DNA of 64,000 bases from Zhongshania sp. Its GTDB lineage: Bacteria > Pseudomonadota > Gammaproteobacteria > Pseudomonadales > Spongiibacteraceae. Positions 44,624 to 54,108 of this stretch are shown in pieces. Below the pieces are notes generated by a model. It was not told where the DNA came from. It searched no databases and worked only from the letters and a program-made list of their open reading frames with translations. Location of the stretch: assembly GCF_041623545.1 (NCBI RefSeq), contig NZ_JBFJWS010000002.1:26262-90261 (forward strand), given 5' to 3'. The position numbers and the translations under genes are program-made. Numbering within the stretch: position 1 is the stretch's first letter; every line of letters begins with the position of its first letter.

Positions 44624-45331
44624 ATGCGTAAACAATTTCAAAATCGTGCCCTGTATCTTCACGAGACGACCAAACTCGGCATCGGCGATATCGAACGCTA
44701 TAACACCGCTTTTAGCGAACACTATTTACCAACCATGCAGGCGCTAGGCGCCCGTTTATTTGGCCACTGGAAAGGCAGCCCCTATAATTCACACTGGCCG
44801 CAAACCACCACAATCTGGGAAATTGACGGCTACGCTCACCTAAGTCAGATTGGCGCCGCCCGCGCCGGTCAAGGCGAGTATGTGCAAGCCTTTACAGCCT
44901 GGGACAAAGCCCTGGCGGAATTGCAGGCAACAGGCGAAGGCGCGCTGTGCTACGCAAATAGCCAAATCAAATTAGTCAGTGAATTAATTGCTGACAATTA
45001 CGATGCCACCGTGGTTATTCAAGAGTTCATGACCACCAAACCCGGCAAACAAGAAGATTATATTGAGCAATTGGAATACGCCTATGTACCATGGTCAGAA
45101 CGCACCGGCAAGAAGTGGTTGGCGTCTTTTGTGCCGATTTTCAACAATGAACAAGTAATCCACTACTGGGCACTCGACGGGGGCTGGGACGGCTTCGGCA
45201 AATGGTTCCCAAGTTGGAAGGGCGATATCCCCGACGATATTAAAAGCTGGATGAAACTCGCGCCGGCATTGCGCGAAAGCTGGGACGACTCCTTTTTGTC
45301 GGCGCTACCCACGCACCCATTAATGAAGTAA
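44624..45331 (+). CDS. NIPSNAP-like / dimeric alpha-beta-barrel protein (two repeats)
   Basis: 235 aa. Two repeats with the NIPSNAP-like pattern (...YLPTMQALGARLFGHWKGS...TTIWEIDGYAHL and ...YVPWSERTGKKWLASFVPIF..VIHYWALDG). Assigned by pattern only. Confidence 0.45.
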   Translation: MRKQFQNRALYLHETTKLGIGDIERYNTAFSEHYLPTMQALGARLFGHWKGSPYNSHWPQTTTIWEIDGYAHLSQIGAARAGQGEYVQAFTAWDKALAELQATGEGALCYANSQIKLVSELIADNYDATVVIQEFMTTKPGKQEDYIEQLEYAYVPWSERTGKKWLASFVPIFNNEQVIHYWALDGGWDGFGKWFPSWKGDIPDDIKSWMKLAPALRESWDDSFLSALPTHPLMK

Positions 45332-45382
45332 CGATGACTTTAAACGCCAAAACTCGCACTAAATACTCAGAAGGATTCGGCC

Positions 45383-46654
45383 ATGAGCACTAAAATACCA
45401 TCAGAATACGCCGCGAAACTGGTCGACCCCGCTGTCTACGCGACGGATGAATTGTATGAAATTTACGCGACCTTACGAGCGAATACACCGCTTGCGATAG
45501 CTGAAGTCGAGGGCTTTGATCCCTTTTGGGTGGTCAGTAAACACTGCGACGTTATGACTATCAGCCGAGACAATAAGCTGTTCCCCTACGGCGACAGGGC
45601 CACAACCCTGCTGAGCAAGGCCAGCCTCAAGATGTCGATGCAAACGGAAGAAAATCGCACAGTCGTCTCCTTGGTCCAAATGGATCAACCCGAGCACATG
45701 AAATATCGTTTGCTGACCCAGTCTTGGTTTATGCCGGTGAACATCAAAAAGCGGGAAGCGCAAATTCGCGAGATTGCCCTCAAGGGCGTAGCACGGTTGC
45801 ACGCTATGAATGGCAACGGCGACTTTGTCACCAATGTCGCGCTCAAATTCCCCCTCGAAGTGATCATGAATATTCTCGGTGTGCCAGAAGAGGATTTTCC
45901 CTTCATGCTGCGTATCACCCAGGAGATTTTTGGTCCTCTCGATCCAGACACCAAAAAAGCCATGGCCAAGATGTCGCCGGACGAAATAACCAAAATTCAA
46001 CGCGCGACAACCAATGAGCTGGTCGCATACTTCAATAAGATCACCGCCGATCGCAAAAATAACCCCACCGATGACTTGGCGACGGTGATTGCCAATGCCA
46101 AGGTCGATGGCGAGCCTATCAGCGAAGCCGCTATCAATGGCTATTACATGGTCATCGCAACAGCAGGCCACGACACGACGTCGTCTACAACATCGGTCGC
46201 GATGTGGGCCTTGGCGACCCAAGCGGGCCTATTGCAAAGACTTAAATCCGACCTCTCACTGATTCCCGCTTTTATCGACGAATGTATTCGCTGGGCAACA
46301 CCAGTGAAGCACTTTATGCGCTCGGCCGCAGAAGATACCGAAGTCAGCGGCCAAAAAATTAAAAAGGGCGACTGGTTAATGCTCTGCTACGCCTCTGCCA
46401 ATCGCGACGAAGACATCTTTGAAAACCCCACTGAATTTAATATCGATCGTTCGCCTAATAAGCATATCGCATTTGGTTTTGGTGCCCATCTCTGCCTTGG
46501 GCAACACCTTGCCAAAATGGAAATTCGCGTTTTACTCGAAGAGATACTGCCACGCCTAAAATCAGTAAAACTCGCCGGCGAACCACGTATGGTTGAAAGC
46601 TTCTTTGCCAATGGCCTGAAAAATCTGCCCATCGAATTTGAAATGGAGGCCTAA
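45383..46654 (+). CDS. Cytochrome P450 monooxygenase
   Basis: 423 aa. I-helix ATAGHDTTSS, ExxR region, heme-thiolate loop FGFGAHLCLGQHLA. Confidence 0.92.
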   Translation: MSTKIPSEYAAKLVDPAVYATDELYEIYATLRANTPLAIAEVEGFDPFWVVSKHCDVMTISRDNKLFPYGDRATTLLSKASLKMSMQTEENRTVVSLVQMDQPEHMKYRLLTQSWFMPVNIKKREAQIREIALKGVARLHAMNGNGDFVTNVALKFPLEVIMNILGVPEEDFPFMLRITQEIFGPLDPDTKKAMAKMSPDEITKIQRATTNELVAYFNKITADRKNNPTDDLATVIANAKVDGEPISEAAINGYYMVIATAGHDTTSSTTSVAMWALATQAGLLQRLKSDLSLIPAFIDECIRWATPVKHFMRSAAEDTEVSGQKIKKGDWLMLCYASANRDEDIFENPTEFNIDRSPNKHIAFGFGAHLCLGQHLAKMEIRVLLEEILPRLKSVKLAGEPRMVESFFANGLKNLPIEFEMEA

Positions 46655-46815
46655 GTTACTTTAAATCATCGGATTAGCAGGCTATAAAAAGCGGTTGCCG
46701 TACTTTAAATCTAATCCCGTATACGGAATTACGAAATAGATCATATTTACTTTGCGAAACGTCCTTTTCCCTTTACGGTTTAGGTTTATCAAATAATAAG
46801 CTAAGAGTGTTAGTA

Positions 46816-48165
46816 ATGAGCGAGCCCACCCAAGCCAACCCAGCGTCTGACGATATTATTCACGAAAGCCTAATCACGCTCCGGCAAGCACTCGTGCTTC
46901 TCGTTTGTTACTTTGCCTATATTCTCGACGGCTTTGATATTGTCGTCATCTCCTATACTGCTCCGGCTATATCCGCTGATTGGGGTATTCAATCTCAGGA
47001 GCTCGGGCTGGTATTCAGTTCGAGCTTACTGGGTATGACCTTAGGTGCAATGTTTCTTGCCTCGCTGGCAGACCTCTACGGCCGCAAACTGGTCGTCGGC
47101 GGCATGCTGCTCGTGGTGGGCCTAACAACAATCGCCGTGGTCTATGCCGACACCGTTTGGCAGCTGGTGGCATTACGCTTCATCACCGGTCTTGGCCTTG
47201 GCACCATTATGGCGGCGCTCGCGCCGCTAGCAGGTGAATTTAGCCCTAGTCGCTATCGCACTCTGATTCTTGCCCTACTTGTCTCTGGCGCGTCGCTAGG
47301 CCCCATTCTGGGCGGCTTAGTCACCAGCTCCGCTATCGACACCTACGGTTGGCAATCGGTCTTTATGGCTGCGGGTGTACTTACACTCATTGCCGCGGCT
47401 TTGATGTTTGTCCTTGTGCCCGAGTCGATGGTCTTCATCATCCGACGCAAACCGCAAGGCGCCCTAGAACGAGTAAACAAAACCCTCACTTACCTCGGCC
47501 ATGCATCGCTTGAACAATTGCCCCCTGTTAATGAAGCAGCGGCCAAGGAGTCAGCCTCAGTGAAGTCACTGGTCATGCGTTCGCGCTGGATAGTCACACT
47601 AAAAGTATGGGGGGCGTTTTTCTGCGCCTATTCGGCGAGCTACTTTCTATCGAGCTGGCTGCCCCAAATACTCGTCCAAGCGGGCTTCGATCAGGAGCGT
47701 GCTATTCAAGCGGTCGTGCTCGCATCTCTGGGCTCACTGGTTGGTGCAGTAATATTTGGTTGGCTCGGCCGGTGGTGGGCCCTAAATCGGCTAATCGCCA
47801 GCTCCTTCGTGATTGGCGCATTGTCATATTTGATTGTCGGTGGCCTTATCGACGACATCGACGCGGTGAACCCGGGCTGGTTCTTTTGGACGCTCCTGTT
47901 TGTATCCGGCTTCACCACTTCCGGCGCATTTTCTAATTTGTACACCGTTGCAATGAAGATCTATCCCGCGCAAATCCGCAGCACCGGTATTGGCTGGGCG
48001 ACGGGTATCGGTCGCTGCGGCGCGGTTGTGAGCCCTGCACTAGCGGGTTTTCTCCTCGCGGCTGGGGTATCACTAACAAGCTTACTCGGCGTATTCGGTA
48101 TCTTTTTCTTGGTTGCGGCGACCTGCGTGTTCCTACTCACCATGCGGGAGTTACCATCAGGATAA
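46816..48165 (+). CDS. MFS transporter (aromatic/organic acid:H+ symporter-like)
   Basis: The ORF opens with GTG at 46807; the first ATG is at 46816. 12-TM pattern. MFS motif GRKLVVGGMLL between TM2 and TM3. Confidence 0.85.
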   Translation: MSEPTQANPASDDIIHESLITLRQALVLLVCYFAYILDGFDIVVISYTAPAISADWGIQSQELGLVFSSSLLGMTLGAMFLASLADLYGRKLVVGGMLLVVGLTTIAVVYADTVWQLVALRFITGLGLGTIMAALAPLAGEFSPSRYRTLILALLVSGASLGPILGGLVTSSAIDTYGWQSVFMAAGVLTLIAAALMFVLVPESMVFIIRRKPQGALERVNKTLTYLGHASLEQLPPVNEAAAKESASVKSLVMRSRWIVTLKVWGAFFCAYSASYFLSSWLPQILVQAGFDQERAIQAVVLASLGSLVGAVIFGWLGRWWALNRLIASSFVIGALSYLIVGGLIDDIDAVNPGWFFWTLLFVSGFTTSGAFSNLYTVAMKIYPAQIRSTGIGWATGIGRCGAVVSPALAGFLLAAGVSLTSLLGVFGIFFLVAATCVFLLTMRELPSG

Positions 48166-48235
48166 ATGCCTGAATAGTGACGCCTTTCTTTCATTTACCG
48201 CAACTGATGACCGTAAGTTGACTAAGGTTATACAA

Positions 48236-48273
48236 GTCGATAATAAAACATTTAGTCACGTTTTATTATCGAC
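48236..48273. terminator. Perfect 14-bp hairpin between convergent genes (candidate bidirectional terminator)
   Basis: GTCGATAATAAAAC (48236-48249), a 10-nt loop, then GTTTTATTATCGAC (48260-48273), followed by ACCGGTTTTAT. Lies between the stops at 48165 (+) and 48294 (-). Confidence 0.5.
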
Positions 48274-48293
48274 ACCGGTTTTATGCTAATCAG

Positions 48294-49706
48294 CTACCAC
48301 ACTCCATTTGTCACTCGAACCACATAAAAACCACTATAGCTGTCGGTATACCAAATCTCTTTGCGCTCGGGTACAAACGCCGGCTTTGACATCGCCCGGC
48401 TACTTGCTGGCGCGGGTGCAGGAACAATTCTGGATTGAACAGGCGGATTAAAATATGCGACTTCGCGGGGGTTTTCTGGGTCGCGAATATCGAAGATTCG
48501 CAGTCCAGATATAATCATACTGCAAGCCGCTATATCGGGGTTCACTCTAGTCGGCACATCACAGTAATGGCCTGCGTAGCCGCCGGTGGTATTGGATGCA
48601 CCCGGATCGTCAGCAATTTCGGCGCGATTCTCCGGCTCATGCACGGCAAGCCGCAAGTCAGAAACAATTCTAGGTTTAGTCTCATCACTAATATCAATGA
48701 TGCGCCCGGCACCAACGAACTCACCGTTAGCTGCAAGCGCAGCCGAATTGCCCGGTTCGCTGACAGAGTATTCATCAATTTCTAGAAGATAGGCTTTGCC
48801 GTCGCGGCTAAAGGGCATGGCATTTTGGGGAATACTTTGGTTTTCCCAAGAAATAGTAGAAATTTCACGAACCTGGGGGTCCGCCTTTCGTGACTGTATT
48901 TCAGAAACATCGAGTATTAGAACACCGTGGCCATTACCCGCCGCGACATAGGCGCGATTACCGTCATCACTCAAAGACAGCCCGTGCGAGGAGTAATCCC
49001 CAGTCCATAATTGCTGCGGAAACGAGGGGTCAGATATGTCAACTGCGGTCAGCGTTGGGGCGCTCGGTGTGGCCGAATAGAAGGTCTTCCCATCGGGTGC
49101 CATGCCGCTTTCGTGGCCGAGTACACCCACCAAAGCCGAGGAGCGCAACTGGGGATCGCGGCAGTCCTCTGCCAGATCATAGACGTCGACCAATCCGGGA
49201 TAAGTTACCGAGTTACCTAATACCGCAGCGAGTAAACCCGCTTCTTGCGACACCACCAATGACTCGTGTGGCGATAGCATAGCCGGGGTGACCAAACGAT
49301 TTGCCAACATCGGCGCGGTTGGATCACTCAAGTCCAAGACATTCACACCAACTTCCATGTCGAGGACACTGGTCGGAAATATCAGGGTGCTATCGTAATA
49401 GGCACACTCTCGACCTTCTTTATCGACATACCTTTCGACTTTATAGCCACCCACTGTGCCAACCGCATTGGGCACGATGTACGAACCAACAAGCTCGGTA
49501 TTGCAGGTGTAGCCCTCCATCGCGCGGCCACTATCGTGTTCAGCTTTCGACACCCGTCCCTGCATACCGATTTCTGGATTGGATCCGGCGCCGCATTGGC
49601 TTACCTTGGCTTCGCTGACACCTGCGGGATCTTTGCTGCCACCGCCACAGGCGACCAAGCTCGTGGCGACGCATGTAACTAAGAGTCGATAAAGCGAGTG
49701 TTTCAT
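48294..49706 (-). CDS. LVIVD-repeat (beta-propeller-like) lipoprotein, paralogue B
   Basis: 470 aa with lipobox LVAC followed by GGGS. Shares long blocks with 4563..6107: GYTCNTEL, TPAMLSPHESL, GHESGxxPDGxTFY, HYCDV, IAACSMxISGLRxFDIRxP, REIAYFNPP/REVAYFNPP, ERKEIWYxDS. Confidence 0.75.
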   Translation of the reverse strand: MKHSLYRLLVTCVATSLVACGGGSKDPAGVSEAKVSQCGAGSNPEIGMQGRVSKAEHDSGRAMEGYTCNTELVGSYIVPNAVGTVGGYKVERYVDKEGRECAYYDSTLIFPTSVLDMEVGVNVLDLSDPTAPMLANRLVTPAMLSPHESLVVSQEAGLLAAVLGNSVTYPGLVDVYDLAEDCRDPQLRSSALVGVLGHESGMAPDGKTFYSATPSAPTLTAVDISDPSFPQQLWTGDYSSHGLSLSDDGNRAYVAAGNGHGVLILDVSEIQSRKADPQVREISTISWENQSIPQNAMPFSRDGKAYLLEIDEYSVSEPGNSAALAANGEFVGAGRIIDISDETKPRIVSDLRLAVHEPENRAEIADDPGASNTTGGYAGHYCDVPTRVNPDIAACSMIISGLRIFDIRDPENPREVAYFNPPVQSRIVPAPAPASSRAMSKPAFVPERKEIWYTDSYSGFYVVRVTNGVW

Positions 49707-49725
49707 ATTTACTCCTCAGGAACGT

Positions 49726-51039
49726 TTAAACAGCCACAGGGTCTCGATTCAAACGATTCGCAGCAATGAAATAAAACGAAGCGGCAATCAGCATAATCGC
49801 GACCGTCGACACCAATGCCCAGCGTAAAGGGTCGGCCAAGCCCATTGAGCGATACAAATCACTTACTACACCGGTTATCTGCGGCCCAAAGCCATAACCG
49901 CCCAAATTCAGCGCAATCGACACGTAGGTGATAATTGAGCCGCGCATGTTTAGCGGTGACAGATTCAAAATGATGGATAGACTCGCTGCATAGAAGCAGG
50001 TGCCAAGCACTTGAAATATAAATAGGCAAGGAATGGCAACGGCAAGTACCGGAGTACTAAAACCAATCATGCCAAAGGGTACTGCGAGCATCGTCACAAT
50101 AGCGATAAAGCGGCAGCCACCGCCCGCCGATGTTTTTGCCATTTTATCGGCCATAAAACCACCGGTGATCGTGCCTATCGCAAAGCCTAAGCCTAAAATT
50201 AGCCCTGTAATTAGGCCGGCTTTCCCCAACTCAAGATCGTGAACGCGAACAAAAAATGTCGCGCTGAAGGAGCCACTGCCGGCCTGCCCCATAATGACTA
50301 ATATGGCGCCGCCCGTTACCCACAATAGCGTTTTATCAGCGAATATCGTTTTGAAAATGTCTTTTAGGCCTGCGGGGTGGTCGTCGCCTGACCGTTTCGG
50401 CGCTGGATCAAAGCCACCGCGCACGGGCTCCTTCAGAGTCAGCAGCACCAGCAAGGCTAATAACATCCCCGGCATAAAGGCGAGTACAAACGCCATGCGC
50501 CAACCGTATTCGGCGGCAATAAAGCCCGACACAGAGAACACCAAGATAGTCGCTATAGAGCTATTAACACTAAATATACCAACCGCGCGACCGCGCTCAT
50601 GCTTTGGGAAATAATCGCTAATTAGCGCGAGCGTCGTCGGGTTACCACCAGATTCAGCGGCCGCGACCCCCACACGGCACAACGCTAAGCCGAGAAAACT
50701 AGACGTCTTCGCTGTTAATAGCGTTAACAAACTCCAGGCCACCAACAAGCCCGCTAACAGTCGGGTGCGGTTGACCCGATCGATCAACAGGCCAATCGGT
50801 ATCGACGCCACGCCGTAGGCTACCGAAAAAACCAAGCCGACCAATAATCCCAGCTCGGAATCACTGAGATCAAACTCAAGCCGAATCGGCTCCGCCAGCG
50901 CCGGTATCAAGGATTTATCTATGGTGTTTAACACCGACACCAGAAAAAGCACAGCGAGTGCATACCAACGATAGGCCGTCGGCTGCTGCATTTTCTCAGC
51001 ACTTTCATCTGCTATATCTGACGGCGTAACCAAGCGCAT
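49726..51039 (-). CDS. MFS transporter (Spinster-like)
   Basis: 437 aa. Strong SD (AAAGGAGTA ATG). 12-TM pattern. LIDRVNRTRLL loop motif. Confidence 0.85.
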   Translation of the reverse strand: MRLVTPSDIADESAEKMQQPTAYRWYALAVLFLVSVLNTIDKSLIPALAEPIRLEFDLSDSELGLLVGLVFSVAYGVASIPIGLLIDRVNRTRLLAGLLVAWSLLTLLTAKTSSFLGLALCRVGVAAAESGGNPTTLALISDYFPKHERGRAVGIFSVNSSIATILVFSVSGFIAAEYGWRMAFVLAFMPGMLLALLVLLTLKEPVRGGFDPAPKRSGDDHPAGLKDIFKTIFADKTLLWVTGGAILVIMGQAGSGSFSATFFVRVHDLELGKAGLITGLILGLGFAIGTITGGFMADKMAKTSAGGGCRFIAIVTMLAVPFGMIGFSTPVLAVAIPCLFIFQVLGTCFYAASLSIILNLSPLNMRGSIITYVSIALNLGGYGFGPQITGVVSDLYRSMGLADPLRWALVSTVAIMLIAASFYFIAANRLNRDPVAV

Positions 51040-51074
51040 TACTCCTTTTATAATTTTTTTCTGTTGCGCGAGAT

Positions 51075-52484
51075 TTAACCTGCTTTAGTAACGTTAACTA
51101 CCCGCGCTTGGGTGTATTCATGCAAACCTTCTTGCCCCAACTCAACCCCCATACCGGACTGTTTCGCGCCCCGGAATGGAATAAGCGGGTCTAGGCCGAG
51201 ATGACTATTCACCCACACGGTGCCGGACTCAATACGCTGAGCAACGTGTTGCGCGCGTTCAAGATCATCGCCCCACACTGATCCAGCCAAGCCGTACACA
51301 GAATTATTTATTCTGGCGATAGCATCATCCAAATCCCCATAACTTAAAACGGGCAAAATTGGACTAAATTGTTCCTCAGCGACAATACTGGCGCTATCTA
51401 AAACATCGCGAATAATCGTCGGCGGTACAAAATAGCCGGGGCGATCCAGCGCTTGGCCACCCGCAATGACCTTCCCGCTCGCTCCTGCCTCAAGCAATAG
51501 TTGTTTTACTTTCTCGAATTGCGCGCGATTTTGAATCGGGCCGATTTGGGTAGCCTCCTCGACGCCGTCACCGACGATAGCCGCCGAAGCCAAGCGCGCC
51601 AGCTCTTCGCAAAATTCATCGTATTTTGCCGCAGGCACGTAAACACGCTTAACCGCCACACAGATTTGACCAGCATTGTATGTCGCCGCGTTATAAATTT
51701 TAGCGGCGACCGACTTCACATCAACATCATCTAAAATCAATGCTGCATCGTTGCCGCCCAATTCCAGCGTCACCCGTTTCAATGAAGGTGACACGCTGGA
51801 AAGCACTTTTTTACCCGTCGCGGTTGAACCAGTAAACGACACTTTTGCAACATCGGGGTGCGCGGTTAATGCCGCCCCGAGATCGTTCTCGTCAGTAATC
51901 ACGTTCACCACCCCTGCGGGGAATATGTCCGCGCAGAGTTCACCAAGCAGCAGCGTTGTTAAAGGCGTGGTGGGCGCTGGCTTTATAACAATAGTATTAC
52001 CTGCCAGCAGTGCCGGAGCCATTTTATTCACCAGCAGCATCACCGGGAAATTCCATGGCGTAATCGCAGCAACGACGCCAAGGGGGGTGCGGTACTCGAC
52101 GATACTTGAGCTCTCGTCCTCGCGCAAAACCCTAGGTGACAGCGCCATGCTGGCGAAGGTTTTAATGCTATAAACAGCCGTCATCATCTCAACCCGCGCC
52201 TGGGCCAAGGGTTTACCCTGTTCTCTGGTAAGCGTTTCTGAAAATTCTGGCAATCGCGCTTCGATGGCCACGGCCAGCGCCCGCAACTTTTCGGCCCGCG
52301 CATCCGCCGAGCATCCAGCCCATGCCGGATAGGCCGATTTTGCTGCCGCTACTGCTTCATTAAGTTGGCTCTCATTCGCACGAGGTGCTGTTTGAAATGA
52401 TTCACCTGTGGCAGGGTTAACAACCGCCATTTCGGCGGCGCCGTCAACCAATTTCCCGTCAATTAACAATTTAAAGTGTTTCAT
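51075..52484 (-). CDS. NAD(P)-dependent aldehyde dehydrogenase
   Basis: 469 aa. FTGSTATGKK, catalytic-Glu block LELGGNDA, catalytic-Cys block NAGQICVAVKRVYV. Confidence 0.92.
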   Translation of the reverse strand: MKHFKLLIDGKLVDGAAEMAVVNPATGESFQTAPRANESQLNEAVAAAKSAYPAWAGCSADARAEKLRALAVAIEARLPEFSETLTREQGKPLAQARVEMMTAVYSIKTFASMALSPRVLREDESSSIVEYRTPLGVVAAITPWNFPVMLLVNKMAPALLAGNTIVIKPAPTTPLTTLLLGELCADIFPAGVVNVITDENDLGAALTAHPDVAKVSFTGSTATGKKVLSSVSPSLKRVTLELGGNDAALILDDVDVKSVAAKIYNAATYNAGQICVAVKRVYVPAAKYDEFCEELARLASAAIVGDGVEEATQIGPIQNRAQFEKVKQLLLEAGASGKVIAGGQALDRPGYFVPPTIIRDVLDSASIVAEEQFSPILPVLSYGDLDDAIARINNSVYGLAGSVWGDDLERAQHVAQRIESGTVWVNSHLGLDPLIPFRGAKQSGMGVELGQEGLHEYTQARVVNVTKAG

Positions 52485-52541
52485 ATTTTCTTCCTATCAC
52501 GCGGTGATGAAACCCTGCGTTATCGCTAGTGAATTGGCCAT

Positions 52542-53648
52542 TTAGGCGGGCATTTTAATAATTGCTTTAATCGTGGCACCGCACTCGGCATCTTCAATTG
52601 CTTGATTGATATCAACTAAATCATAGTACTTAATGATACGGTCTACGGGGAATTGCCCCTGCTTATAGTATTCGAGTAAACGCGGAATAAATTCTTTAAT
52701 ATCAGAATCACCTTCCATCACACCCTGAATTTTTTTACCGCTAGTCATGAACATCGACGCGTCGAAACTCACCTTCGCGTTCAGTGCGTAGCCAGCGACC
52801 AAGGCTAAGGTACCCTGACTCACCAATAAATTTACGCAGCGTTCCACTAGCGGCAAGTAAGCGGTGGTGTCGATAATGTAATCGACACCAGCTGGGCAAA
52901 TTGACTTTATTTCACTATCAAACTCGTTGCTTGCACCATGCACACAGTGCGTCGCACCAACCGACCGTGCCAGCTCCAAACGACTGTCATGTATATCTAC
53001 CGCAATCACCGTTTCCGCTGCCGCAATATGTGCCGCCGCCATGACGGCGGAAAGCCCTACCGCGCCAGCCCCTAATACCATCACTGACGCGCCTTTAGGC
53101 ACTTGTAATGAATTCAGCACCGCGCCGGCTCCAGTCTGAAACCCACAACCAAAAGGACCGACGATTTCTAAGGGGATGGCGTCGTCCACTTTAACCAAAT
53201 TATTCTCAGAGCAAATCGCATGCGTGGCGAAAGACGACTGACCAAAGATATGCGAGGTAATAGGCTCGCTGCCTTTTGCCAAACTGGTTGAGCCGTCGGC
53301 GCGGCGACCAAGGATATTCAATGGAAAAAATTGCGTGCAATAGCCCGGCACATGCTTTGCGCATGACGGGCATACACCACAGGAAGAAAAGCTCATTGCC
53401 ACGCGATCGCCAGGCTTAAATGCAATGACGTCACTGCCAACTTGTTCTACGATACCGGCGCCTTCATGCCCTAGCACGACGGGACGCTTAGTGACGCTGG
53501 CATCACGGAGCACCATATCGGTATGACAGATACCCGTGGCAATGATTTTTACCAATACCTCATTTTCGCGTGGTGCTTCCAGCTCAATGTTTTCGAGGAC
53601 TAGCGTATTGCTGTCAGGCCGCAGTACGGCCGCTTGTATTTGTGTCAT
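52542..53648 (-). CDS. Zinc-dependent alcohol dehydrogenase (MDR family)
   Basis: Start taken at ATG 53648 (MTQIQAAVLRP). GICHTDM, GHEGAGIVEQVG, structural-zinc Cys cluster CGVCPSCAKHVPGYC, Rossmann VLGAGAVGLS. Confidence 0.9.
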   Translation of the reverse strand: MTQIQAAVLRPDSNTLVLENIELEAPRENEVLVKIIATGICHTDMVLRDASVTKRPVVLGHEGAGIVEQVGSDVIAFKPGDRVAMSFSSCGVCPSCAKHVPGYCTQFFPLNILGRRADGSTSLAKGSEPITSHIFGQSSFATHAICSENNLVKVDDAIPLEIVGPFGCGFQTGAGAVLNSLQVPKGASVMVLGAGAVGLSAVMAAAHIAAAETVIAVDIHDSRLELARSVGATHCVHGASNEFDSEIKSICPAGVDYIIDTTAYLPLVERCVNLLVSQGTLALVAGYALNAKVSFDASMFMTSGKKIQGVMEGDSDIKEFIPRLLEYYKQGQFPVDRIIKYYDLVDINQAIEDAECGATIKAIIKMPA

Positions 53649-53707
53649 AAAATTCTCTGCTGCATTTCCAATACGGTTGGTATTCAAAGCTAAACGCCGA
53701 GGCCGCA

Positions 53708-53980
53708 CTACGCGCCATAGGAACACACTGCCAAGCAATAAGGCTCATCGAGGCCAATGTGCACTTGCGCCAAGACGCCATAACCAATCTCGTCACCGCA
53801 GCGTGCACTCCAAAACCCTGAGATCCTGGTAGCGCCCATGGCAACACCAAAATACAGCGCGCCGCCTTTACTATGGCCGTTATACCAATAGCGGCCATAG
53901 CAAAAGCGATCACTGGTGGCCGTCTGGACTATAGGTTCCGGGATTTGGTAAATCGGAAAACCGTCAAGTTTGGTAATCAT
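53708..53980 (-). pseudogene. Possible truncated remnant of a paralogue of the 384-aa protein (17816..18970)
   Basis: 90-aa ORF immediately downstream of the second APH-type kinase, in the position the 384-aa gene occupies beside the first kinase. Weak N-terminal resemblance: QTA..., W(F/Y), FG(L/V)xxG. After a frame change (ORF 53614..53913) comes LPGSQGFGVHAAV, compare NRNVIDGFAGV. Only ~460 nt is available before the next gene. Confidence 0.3.
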
Positions 53981-54108
53981 ATCGCTAATCCAATTTTGCT
54001 TCGGTGGTTGCCGATCGCAACAACGTTACAGAGCAAATCCAGAGCTTCCATATTTTAAGCATCGCGCCCTGCTTGCGGAATCTGCATCACTCGGCACTGA
54101 CGCCGCGA

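Noticed and set aside
45473-46222. 249-aa minus-strand ORF inside the P450 gene
   Set aside because: Antisense to an unambiguous P450 with I-helix and heme loop. The translation is Gly/Arg/His/Cys-rich junk typical of the antisense frame of a coding region.
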